A program made the position numbers and the translations under genes. DNA of 64,000 bases, taken from contig JARBUO010000011.1 in NCBI GenBank assembly GCA_029239605.1, forward strand, positions 1,429 through 65,428. The letters run 5' to 3'. How positions within the stretch are numbered: position 1 is the stretch's first letter; every line of letters begins with the position of its first letter. The notes under the pieces are model-generated. The model did no database searches. It worked only from the letters and a program-made list of their open reading frames with translations, and was not told the origin of the DNA. This DNA is from Bacillota bacterium. GTDB taxonomy: Bacteria; Bacillota; Clostridia; Peptostreptococcales; Anaerovoracaceae. Positions 19,527 through 28,688 of this stretch are shown here, piece by piece.

Positions 19527-20587
19527 GATTTACTGCAAAGGTGTTGCTTAATATGATTTGCGAAGGCTTCCGCTCGTCCTTCTATCCCTTCAAGTTTCAG
19601 CAGACTTCCCGGATCGTTGGCGGTCTCAAGCATGGAAAAACCACTGGGCAGAATAAAGGTTTTATTCATATTTAGGCCGCTGATTAACTGTTGGGCAACG
19701 ATATCTCCTCCACTATATCCAGAAACGATCAAACCGAAGAGGTATTTGTCATAAAACGTTGTCATTTTGAGTAGTGCGGTGAGCCGATTGATAAAAGCCG
19801 CCAGATTTGCACTGATGGCGTCGTTATAATTCGGACAAATCATAATTAAAGCATCACAATCCATAATCGCAGGATAAACTTGATCAACGATAACGCCTCC
19901 GTAGATACAGTTTCCCGATTCCCCAAAATATTTGCAGGTTGTATAGGGGCAGCCGATGCAGTCCATAACAGTCCCATTTTTCAAAGAAATTTCGGTGACA
20001 GAGCAATCCCCCAGATGCTGCTCTACCAATTTCCACAAATTCAAAGTATTAGAGCGGGAGTAATCGCCTGCATGAAGCGCAAGGATCTTTGGTTTCTCAC
20101 GCTTGGGTGGATCGAATCCCATGATCTTTTCCACCAATTCTCTGCCGGAGTGCATATAGGCCTGCAGCTGATCCAGTTCCAGGTTCCTTGCAACCACGTT
20201 GTAATTTCTTAAAGATCCGGTTCCCTCAACCAAAGGTTTTCCCGGAAAAGCGCAGCCGGACCGATTGGCGCTGAAAGCCAGTTCTCTGCCGACTGACTTT
20301 GTAAACAACTCAGTACTGCCATCGATTACAATGCCTCCGATACATCCCTCAAAACAATGGGGCTCCTGCCTGATCCTTTTTAAGATTCCATAATGTTCAA
20401 GATTAATTCCCGATTCTCCCAGTGAAATGGCAAAAAGGATTTTTCTATCTTTCATATTCTGAAACTCTTTCGCTGTGGAAACCGTATCATAGGTATACCC
20501 CTTTAGGCTGTATTCCAGAATGGAGCGCAAACGCTCCGTCTTACTGTGATCACTGCAGCGGGGTCTGATCAATGTAATATCCGCCAT
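19523..20587 (-). CDS. Tandem flavodoxin-fold protein / iron-sulfur flavoprotein-like (NADPH-dependent FMN reductase family)
   Basis: C-terminal half has SNT, a CIGCPYTTC...C Cys cluster and CPNYN; N-terminal half is a second alpha/beta domain. Confidence 0.72.
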   Translation of the reverse strand: MADITLIRPRCSDHSKTERLRSILEYSLKGYTYDTVSTAKEFQNMKDRKILFAISLGESGINLEHYGILKRIRQEPHCFEGCIGGIVIDGSTELFTKSVGRELAFSANRSGCAFPGKPLVEGTGSLRNYNVVARNLELDQLQAYMHSGRELVEKIMGFDPPKREKPKILALHAGDYSRSNTLNLWKLVEQHLGDCSVTEISLKNGTVMDCIGCPYTTCKYFGESGNCIYGGVIVDQVYPAIMDCDALIMICPNYNDAISANLAAFINRLTALLKMTTFYDKYLFGLIVSGYSGGDIVAQQLISGLNMNKTFILPSGFSMLETANDPGSLLKLEGIEGRAEAFANHIKQHLCSKS

Positions 20588-20647
20588 CTTTTCACCTCCA
20601 TGTTACGACAATAGAATTCACACGCAGCTTAATGAAGCACCCGATCA

Positions 20648-21640
20648 CTAAATTTTTTCAAGCTCCTGATAGGCAAACAAAATCCTGTGGAACAGCGGCT
20701 CCGGAAGGGGTAGATGCTCCACTTCGGGTCCATGTTCCGTCATACGATTTCTGCAGCCTAAAAAGACACCGCCCCAATAGATTGAGCTGTAATGCCATTC
20801 ACCTCTCAGCGTAAGCAGAATGGAAATTGCTCCAGAAGAAAGTGCCGGTGCGATATAGGGCTTATAACCGGTTTCTCTGACTCTCAGATTGGCGGTTGCA
20901 GCCAATTTCGTCAGTTCCCTGGACAGACCATCATCATAATTTTCGATGCTGTTTGCAATGACAAGATCTTTCCCATGGGGACCAAATGCCCTGCCCTCGG
21001 TGAGAAAAGAACCGAATTTACGTTCTCTTTTGGCATAGTAAACGGCCCTGCTGTTCATAACCCCCAGACCATATCCTCGAATTTGGTCCGGCCCCAAGCC
21101 TCTATGATCAAAGAGGCCTTCGTCATCGGTATTACTCTCCAGATACGCAGCTTTGCACAGGGGATCCACGGGATCAGAAACCACAGCAAAGATACCACGA
21201 AAGCCTGAATTCCTCGCCATCCTCGCATACTCTCTGATGATTTCACGATTTGCCTCAAACTGAAACATTCTTACATCTTCGATACCCGAATCTAGAGCCG
21301 GAACTGATTTTGATGCACAGAATATAAATACGTCACAGTCAAAGAGATTCTCTTTTTCAACCATGACCACCTCAGGCATAGCAGATTCGTTGTCGGGATA
21401 GGCAATCTGGTTCATTTCATATTCGTAACGTATGGCTACATCACCCGGACTGAATATACCAATCTCAGAAATCAGATCACCTCCCAGCAGTTTCAGCCCG
21501 GTCAGCAGTGTCCCGCCAACATCACCAAGACCAACAAGGTTCACTCTTTTTTTCGTATCCAAATCAAACGTTACGCTGCAGTCTCTGCTGCAGGTGGCTT
21601 CTTCCTTCCCTTTCAGCAGATCCTCTAAATAATATGCCAT
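20648..21640 (-). CDS. Lactate/malate dehydrogenase-like oxidoreductase with non-canonical active site
   Basis: GLGDVG Rossmann motif, VVSDPVD, GLGVMNSRA, GPHG; start reassigned to ATG 21640. Confidence 0.75.
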   Translation of the reverse strand: MAYYLEDLLKGKEEATCSRDCSVTFDLDTKKRVNLVGLGDVGGTLLTGLKLLGGDLISEIGIFSPGDVAIRYEYEMNQIAYPDNESAMPEVVMVEKENLFDCDVFIFCASKSVPALDSGIEDVRMFQFEANREIIREYARMARNSGFRGIFAVVSDPVDPLCKAAYLESNTDDEGLFDHRGLGPDQIRGYGLGVMNSRAVYYAKRERKFGSFLTEGRAFGPHGKDLVIANSIENYDDGLSRELTKLAATANLRVRETGYKPYIAPALSSGAISILLTLRGEWHYSSIYWGGVFLGCRNRMTEHGPEVEHLPLPEPLFHRILFAYQELEKI

Positions 21641-21732
21641 AACAATTCCTTTCTTTATGAAACGCTGATTCATTCCATGTACACACCGATACAATCAGCA
21701 CTTCGTCTAATCTGCAATTCATAAGAAATCCA

Positions 21733-24700
21733 TTATCGATTCGCAACGAGATTTTCAAGCCGTTTCAAATTTTCAATGTCCGTTGCAATAAAGGCAGACG
21801 GGGGCAGATTCATATCATAGTGCATATACTTACCCTTGTCTGGATATCTTGGGAAAGCAACTGCCTCACTGAGTCGGTTCAGTGTCAGATTCCGCTCATA
21901 TACCTGCTGATACTCTTCTTCCAGCACCGTCAGCAGCTGCGCTGCATTTTCCAGGCAGGTGAGTGAAAAATGATATAATGCCTCCTTGGGTACATTCATG
22001 AGGAAGCTGGGTGCGGCGTAGGGCAGAATCAGGTTGACCGAGGGGATGAGCCCTGCGTTAATACTTCGCTCACTGCCAAAACCATCTCCGCCGATAAACG
22101 GATATAAGCTGGATTCATCAAACCATGCTCCAAGACTCGGCATAAAATAAACGCTCTCCACACTTCTTCCCTGCAGTGTCATCAGATCCTTGCCTCTTCC
22201 GGATAAAAGCCCCACAATGATCTTTTCCACTTCAACGCCTTCCGCATTGAAAATCGGATCAAGCTCCTTGATTCGATATCCTTTATGCAGTAAATCATCC
22301 ACCAGAATGACAGGTCTTCGAAAGGATCCTATGGTTCTGACCTGTGTACTCAGGGGTGAATAGTTAGGAAATTCTTTTATTTTGAAACCTTTGATCCCCG
22401 GTTCAAATACTTTCTCCGTATGCAGAGATTTTGTAACCGTATTGGGAACCGCCAGTCCGTGCAAAACCTTTCCAAAGGGGACACACATGGATTTTCCAAG
22501 AACGGATCCAGGCGGTTGGCCCAATTTCTTCCCGCCCTCAGCTCCCTGCTCCCGATTTGCAGCAGTGATTCGATCAATGATTCTGTGGTTTGTCATCCCC
22601 GCATCAAAGGAAAGTACAAGATTGCCGGGATAAAGACGTGTAATCGCTCCCTGAATCCTCTTGTGGGCATCCTCTGCGGCCTCCAGAACTCTCCGGCGAT
22701 GATGAAACGGCTCTTTCAGAATGGTTTCAATGTCCCGGAACAGTGCAACAGGAAATTTCATGTCAACGGCATAGACCGGATCTTCACTGCGGCCGCCGAT
22801 CTCCTGAAACCCCTGGAGCTTGAGGACTTCGGAAATTCCGGTGATATGTCCTCCCAAGTGATCGTGGTAGATCGCATAAGTAAAATCATTCTTCAGGCAG
22901 CAGGCCAGGGCTTCCGTGAGTACCAACTGCTCAGGATTTTTCACGGGAGCTCCGCCGCATGCGGCTATGCCAGCCAGAACGATTATCTTTCCCGATGTAA
23001 TCCTTCTAATGGCTGTTGCCAGATTGATGTCTCCAAATTCCCTGTAAAGATCAGCCATGCCGATTTCGTGGAATACGGCCGCAGCGATGGGGAGACCATC
23101 CCGTTCACCGTCCCTCAGAATGACACAGCTGGTATCCTCCCGCTGCAGGTATGACTTCACTCTGCTCTTGTCTGTCCGCTCTGAAAAAATAGTGGAGAGA
23201 AGCTCTTCGACCGGAAGCCTTCCTGTAACGATCTCGGTTTCAATTCTTCTTGCAGAAAACACCTGTTTGAATTTTGGTTCCCTTAAATACAGGCTGTTGT
23301 CATAGATAAAGCTCTGTGCCAGAGGATCAATGAGATTGGTGATGTCCCTGTTATTATCAATATTTTCTCTGATCCGTGAGGAGCTGATCTCGTCCAGTTC
23401 TCCCGAAAGGCTCAATTCAATCACTGTACCGCTGATCATTGGGTATCGCTCCGCAGCCGTTTCTTCCCGGCCTTTTTTCTTGATAATGCCGTCAAAACCT
23501 GGTCGCGGGAAGACAATATGATGGAAAGAGTGTACAGAGTGTTCAATAGGAGCCGCACGGTAGGAGGAAGCATTTTCAATGACATCACTCCCAACTACGA
23601 GGTAGATCTGCTTATTTGGGAAAAGGTCCTGCAGCCGCATCAGATCCTTAGGGTTGGCGATGTTGACGGGAATATCGTCTGGAAAGAGAAAAACTCTTGT
23701 CTCATCTGCCACTGACATGCTGACAATTTGCCTTCGGATCATCTTAGGTTGCGTCTTCTTTGACCAGGAAAACTCATCAACCGCAAGATAAACGGTAAAG
23801 CCCCTATTTTTTATTTCCTCTATGATCCCTTTATGTCCTCTGGAGAACGGATCGAAGCTTCCGGGAAGAAACGCAATCTTCTGATCTTCCTCAAGATCCC
23901 ATTTGCCGTTATGGAATTGATAATCTGATAAAAATCTGTAAATATGATTCAATGCAGCAGCGTTGCCGAAAAAAGTCAGTTCCGTTTCTTCTCTCTCCAA
24001 GATCAGGGTCAGCAGCTTTTTGTGCAGAACGGAATATAGATCATACTTATCTTCAAGGCTCAGACTCCGACAGCCAAAAAGTTGTTGGCCTATGACCAAA
24101 AAAGCTTCCTGGTTCACGGCTTCCTGATAATTTGACAGCCCTTTCAGAAGTAATCCAAGCATCGCCTCCCTGCGCGTTCGAAAAGACGTTTCGCTTTCCC
24201 GGAACCGATTCCGGTACGACGGGTAATTCTGCAGCATAACCCCTATGGTATCCAACGTGACAGAGCAGACACGATCGCTGTTGCTGTAAAGCAATTTCTT
24301 AAAATCCAGAATCAGCTCATCCAGCTCATTTGGATGTAAATACAGCGCAAGCTGTCCAAGATATTCCGGGATGTATTTTGAAAATTCATACGCACCAATC
24401 TCAAGACCCTTGCTCAGTTCCACTGCAATTTCATTCCTCTGGGTCAAAGTAAGCAGCGGAATTACTGAAAGTAACGCATTACCCGCGCTATGACGGACGG
24501 TGACTCTTTCACTAACCTTAACAAGGTTTGAAAAATGTGCGGCAATTTGCAGCAGTAAACCGTCATTGGCATTTTGTATCCGATCCAGCAGCAGCTCGAT
24601 ATTGACATGCTTAATCACCCATGGTGTCGCTGCTTTCAAATTCTCCAAAAAAATGCCTGACACGATGGCTGCGTCATGAGGAATATCAGTTTCACAGGAA

Positions 24701-26622
24701 AACTGTGCTCCCATCAGGCCAAGATTTTTAAGAATCTGTTCTTTTAAGAAAATGATGCCGGCACCATCCTCATCCTTGACCATTTCCAACGTGCTTTGAA
24801 TGAGTTCTGTTCCCCCTGCAGCCATACACGCTGCATCCCCAGACAGGTATCGGATTACTCTAAGCGCTGAAATCTGCACTTCAAGTACCTCGCTGGATGC
24901 CATACGCACTGCGAAGTTTAAAATCATACGCTTGTCTTCTGCTCTACAAGCCTCTAAGGGAAGGGCAAGAGCCGAATCCAGCAGTACAAATGCAGCAGGA
25001 TCATTTTCCTTACCGTTATAGAGGCTGAGGACTTCATCGAGATACCTTCTGCAGTCTCCGTCTTTACAGCGGTCCAATACAGAAGTGATGATCAGCTTCA
25101 GGGTATACCATAACCATCTCCTGTGCTGATCTGTTACCTTGTGATCGGGGTTGACGACAAGCTGCAAATATTTTTTCCACAACTCCAGGCTTGTCAGCCC
25201 GTCTGACTCCCGCTCTGCTCCTTCCGGCAGTTCCTTTCGGTACTCCTCATCAAAATTTACGATGATGTTCCCCATAAGATCTGCACTCTGTCTTCTGATA
25301 TCACCTTCCCGATGCATGAGCAATTCATAAAGCAGATTCATGGATTTCAGCTTTTGTTTTTGCGTCATATAAGTGAAATATTCATGAAAAATATTGATGT
25401 AAGCGCGCATATTCTTCCAATTTTTTTCACTCCGTGCAGCTTCCAGAAGGTTTCCGAAGGAAGCTTCGCTGTTCAGCTTATGCATTACCAGAATATTGTG
25501 CTGTATGGCGAGATGCTTCATGCGCAGGAGCACTTCTTCTGATTCAAGAAGCGCCGCGTCCTTACGGATGGTTTTCCCCCTTGCTGCGGAGTTCAGATCG
25601 GTATGAATCCCCATTCCAATCATATAATCTTCAAAATCCTTCAGTTTCGCATACACTTTTTCGTAGCGGGATCTTTTCCGGTCATCAACATTGTCCAATT
25701 TATTCAAAATTACTTCAAAGGAATCTGCAAGACTGTAAAACCGAACCGTTTCCATTCGATTTTCATCCCTTACACTTTTTACTCTGAAATCTGCATAGAT
25801 CAAAATCAGCGACTCCACAGAAAGGTTTTCAAGCTCAAGATCCCAAGTCGAGTGATTTGCTGCAATGTGTCCGATAACAGGCATATGATTATTTTTAAAA
25901 TACCGGTCTGTATAGTAATAATGGAGATACGGTATTCTCCCGGCTTCCTCCGGTTTACCGCCAAATTTTCCGATATCATGTCCCACGGCTGCACCGGAGA
26001 GAAGCGCCAGGTCCACAGGAATTCCTGCGTCATGCAGCTGCCTTCCCATATGCAGGGAGACATGATGAACACCTGCAATATGCGCCAGGGTCTGGTACGG
26101 TGTGATCTCAGAAGCAATTCGCATAAATTCGTAGACATTCTGATCCCGAAAGAGCTGAAGCAGCCGCTGATATTCCTCTGCAGTTTCTGTCTTTTCCGCC
26201 TCCTGTGGTGTTAATAGCGCGATGTGTCTTACCGGATCGAAGGGGCGATTTGCCGATTCGTAGTCCAGCAGACCCCGAAGCACTTTGAGGTAGAAAACTC
26301 GTCCTGATTCAAAAGGCTCCTGACTAATTTGCGGGGTACTCTCCGGAAACATCTGATTGAGTGTATAGCGATGGATGTAGTCCAGCCATCCAGCTTCCGG
26401 CTCAGGAGAAAGAATGGATATGATGCTTTTACAATCTTCAAGCACTTCGATGCAGTTTACCTTCTCTGATTCTGCAGTCAATGCAATTCGAGCCTTCCAG
26501 TCTCCGTGTCGAAGAAGTCCCTGCATTTCTTTCTTTGCAATTCCGAGGGTTTTCAGAAACTTTCTATCCGTCAGTTCTTCTACCAAAGCTTCATAAAAAT
26601 CCCGTATCCTCTTTTTCTCCAT
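21733..26622 (-). CDS. Giant multidomain protein: HD domain, helical repeats, NadD/cytidyltransferase-like domain, PRTase-like domain
   Basis: H...HDIGK...H...D (aa ~185-285); PGSFDPFSRGH, VVGSD, ISSSRIRE (aa ~920-1095); VILVDDLLHKG (aa ~1445); start at ATG 26622 after GGAGGG. Confidence 0.8.
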   Translation of the reverse strand: MEKKRIRDFYEALVEELTDRKFLKTLGIAKKEMQGLLRHGDWKARIALTAESEKVNCIEVLEDCKSIISILSPEPEAGWLDYIHRYTLNQMFPESTPQISQEPFESGRVFYLKVLRGLLDYESANRPFDPVRHIALLTPQEAEKTETAEEYQRLLQLFRDQNVYEFMRIASEITPYQTLAHIAGVHHVSLHMGRQLHDAGIPVDLALLSGAAVGHDIGKFGGKPEEAGRIPYLHYYYTDRYFKNNHMPVIGHIAANHSTWDLELENLSVESLILIYADFRVKSVRDENRMETVRFYSLADSFEVILNKLDNVDDRKRSRYEKVYAKLKDFEDYMIGMGIHTDLNSAARGKTIRKDAALLESEEVLLRMKHLAIQHNILVMHKLNSEASFGNLLEAARSEKNWKNMRAYINIFHEYFTYMTQKQKLKSMNLLYELLMHREGDIRRQSADLMGNIIVNFDEEYRKELPEGAERESDGLTSLELWKKYLQLVVNPDHKVTDQHRRWLWYTLKLIITSVLDRCKDGDCRRYLDEVLSLYNGKENDPAAFVLLDSALALPLEACRAEDKRMILNFAVRMASSEVLEVQISALRVIRYLSGDAACMAAGGTELIQSTLEMVKDEDGAGIIFLKEQILKNLGLMGAQFSCETDIPHDAAIVSGIFLENLKAATPWVIKHVNIELLLDRIQNANDGLLLQIAAHFSNLVKVSERVTVRHSAGNALLSVIPLLTLTQRNEIAVELSKGLEIGAYEFSKYIPEYLGQLALYLHPNELDELILDFKKLLYSNSDRVCSVTLDTIGVMLQNYPSYRNRFRESETSFRTRREAMLGLLLKGLSNYQEAVNQEAFLVIGQQLFGCRSLSLEDKYDLYSVLHKKLLTLILEREETELTFFGNAAALNHIYRFLSDYQFHNGKWDLEEDQKIAFLPGSFDPFSRGHKGIIEEIKNRGFTVYLAVDEFSWSKKTQPKMIRRQIVSMSVADETRVFLFPDDIPVNIANPKDLMRLQDLFPNKQIYLVVGSDVIENASSYRAAPIEHSVHSFHHIVFPRPGFDGIIKKKGREETAAERYPMISGTVIELSLSGELDEISSSRIRENIDNNRDITNLIDPLAQSFIYDNSLYLREPKFKQVFSARRIETEIVTGRLPVEELLSTIFSERTDKSRVKSYLQREDTSCVILRDGERDGLPIAAAVFHEIGMADLYREFGDINLATAIRRITSGKIIVLAGIAACGGAPVKNPEQLVLTEALACCLKNDFTYAIYHDHLGGHITGISEVLKLQGFQEIGGRSEDPVYAVDMKFPVALFRDIETILKEPFHHRRRVLEAAEDAHKRIQGAITRLYPGNLVLSFDAGMTNHRIIDRITAANREQGAEGGKKLGQPPGSVLGKSMCVPFGKVLHGLAVPNTVTKSLHTEKVFEPGIKGFKIKEFPNYSPLSTQVRTIGSFRRPVILVDDLLHKGYRIKELDPIFNAEGVEVEKIIVGLLSGRGKDLMTLQGRSVESVYFMPSLGAWFDESSLYPFIGGDGFGSERSINAGLIPSVNLILPYAAPSFLMNVPKEALYHFSLTCLENAAQLLTVLEEEYQQVYERNLTLNRLSEAVAFPRYPDKGKYMHYDMNLPPSAFIATDIENLKRLENLVANR

Positions 26623-27105
26623 TAATACCCTCCACAAAGGAATCGCTGATTCATTTCAGGTGCACATCTGCGCGCCTCCCATTCAATCATTGCTTTCCCA
26701 AATCAAAACGCGGTTCAGAAGCTGACGCGTGTTACTGCCAATTGATGTATATTACTATTATGCCGTTTGTTTCATGGATTTACAACAGCAAGCATGGATG
26801 CAATTGAAAGATAATTCTGCGAACTCTGGCGTACTTTTTCAGCAGAAATGACCCCTTTCGGAAAAGTTTTTTATTATTTCACAGAAGCTCAAAATCAGCA
26901 CTTTTACAAATTATGTAAGTTGTTACTGTCAATCCTCTTAATATTGGAGAGAGAATGCAATTTCAATCGAAACGATCCTTGAAATTCCAACAGTTTCTTC
27001 AATCGCTTCACCATGTATACATAATACTTCAAAATACCGTTTTTTTACGTTTGTAATTTTATTCCAATTCGAAATTGTCACAAGATTTAAACTTGTTTTT
27101 TCGTG

Positions 27106-27135
27106 TTGACAAGGATATTTGGATTAGAATATGAT
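27106..27135 (+). promoter_or_regulatory. Sigma-A promoter of the first gdh
   Basis: TTGACA-N18-TATGAT. Confidence 0.6.
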
Positions 27136-27273
27136 GAGAATGAAGAGATTGACAATATATTTTTCTGTGATTTGCCCAACAGGCAAGGGTATAGCAAAGA
27201 TTATTGTTTTTAAGGATAAAACGCGTTTTATAGGATATTTTAACCTGAAAGAGAAGGTATAGGAGGTTTTATA

Positions 27274-28560
27274 ATGAATCACGAAGGATACAATCCTTAT
27301 ATAGCGGCACAGACTCAGTTTGACCGCGTTGCCGACCTCATTGATCTGGACCCCTCTGTCCGTCAATTGCTGCGGCAGCCAAGCCGTGAAGTCCACTTTA
27401 CAATCCCTGTAAAAATGGATGACGGCACAACAAAAGTTTTTAACGGTTACAGAATTCAGCATAATGCTGCTCGCGGACCGGCAAAGGGAGGTATCCGATT
27501 CCATCCCCAGGAAACAGCCGATACAGTAAGAGCTCTCTCCATGTGGATGACCTGGAAATGCGCCGTAGTAGACATTCCTCTGGGTGGCGGCAAAGGCGGC
27601 GTTATCTGTGATCCTCATAATCTTTCCAAGGGAGAACAGGAAAGACTCTGCCGCGGTTATGTCCGTCAGATTGCAAGCCTTATGGGCCCTGTTCAGGATG
27701 TTCCTGCACCAGATGTAATGACAAACGGACAGCATATGCTTTGGATGCTGGATGAATATGAAGCAATCCACGGCGGCCACTATCCTGGCGCGATCACCGG
27801 AAAACCTGTGGGATCCGGCGGATCTCTCGGCAGAACGGAAGCGACTGGTTATGGAGTGATCTACACTTTAAGAGAAGCTCTGAAAGGCCTCGACATTCAA
27901 CCCTCAACTACCACAGCCAGCATTCAGGGTTTTGGAAATGTAGCTGAATATGCTGCAAGACTTTATTCTTCAATGGGTGGAACCGTAATTGCGATCTCCT
28001 GCTGGGATCAGCATGACGGCAAGTCATACACATTCCGTAATTTAAACGGGCTTGATATCGAAGCGATGATCTCTATCAAGGATTCCTTCGGTTCGATTAA
28101 TAAGGAAAAAGCCAAGGGTTTGGGCTGTGAAATTCTGGAAGGAAGCGAATGGATTGCACAGGATGTTGATATTCTGCTGCCCTGCGCTTTAGAAAATCAG
28201 ATCACAGTGGAATCCTTCCAAAAAATCAGCAAGAAAGTGAAGATCATCTGCGAAGGTGCAAACGGACCAACAGCTCCTGATGCCGATGCGCTGATTCAGG
28301 AAAGAAATATTTTCCTTGTTCCCGATTTCCTTGCAAATGCCGGAGGCGTTACCTGTAGTTATTTCGAGCAGGTTCAGTGTAATATGAACTATTTCTGGCC
28401 GAAGGACGAAGTGCTTGAAAAGCTGGATTCCAAGATGACATCTGCCTTCCAGGCTGTTTACAAGCTTTCCCAGGAAAAAAATATCTATATGCGCAACGCC
28501 GCTTATGTCATAGCGATCAACCGTGTCGCGGAGGCTGTAAAGCTCCGTGGATGGGTTTAG
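27274..28560 (+). CDS. gdh: Glu/Leu/Phe/Val dehydrogenase, GluD-type glutamate dehydrogenase (probably catabolic)
   Basis: KGGIRFHP, MTWK, GGGKGG, DVPAPD, GKPV..GGSLGRTEATG, QGFGNV, EGANGP, PDFLANAGGV. Confidence 0.93.
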   Translation: MNHEGYNPYIAAQTQFDRVADLIDLDPSVRQLLRQPSREVHFTIPVKMDDGTTKVFNGYRIQHNAARGPAKGGIRFHPQETADTVRALSMWMTWKCAVVDIPLGGGKGGVICDPHNLSKGEQERLCRGYVRQIASLMGPVQDVPAPDVMTNGQHMLWMLDEYEAIHGGHYPGAITGKPVGSGGSLGRTEATGYGVIYTLREALKGLDIQPSTTTASIQGFGNVAEYAARLYSSMGGTVIAISCWDQHDGKSYTFRNLNGLDIEAMISIKDSFGSINKEKAKGLGCEILEGSEWIAQDVDILLPCALENQITVESFQKISKKVKIICEGANGPTAPDADALIQERNIFLVPDFLANAGGVTCSYFEQVQCNMNYFWPKDEVLEKLDSKMTSAFQAVYKLSQEKNIYMRNAAYVIAINRVAEAVKLRGWV

Positions 28561-28596
28561 TCGATACAGTCATAGACAAGTGCCTTGACCGGTTAG

Positions 28597-28668
28597 GGCT
28601 GTCCCAAAGCATGTTTCACACCCTTTGCTTTGTGACAGCCTATGGCTGTTTTTGGCAGCCGCATTTTT
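28597..28668 (+). other. Two tandem intergenic hairpins between gdh and the PEP-synthase-like gene
   Basis: GGCTGTC.CAAAGCA...TGCTTTG.GACAGCC, then GGCTG...CAGCC followed by GCATTTTT. Confidence 0.55.
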
Positions 28669-28688
28669 GACGACCAGGAGGAAAAAGT

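Noticed and set aside
27124-27780. 218-aa ORF antisense to gdh
   Set aside because: Typical antisense frame of glutamate dehydrogenase genes
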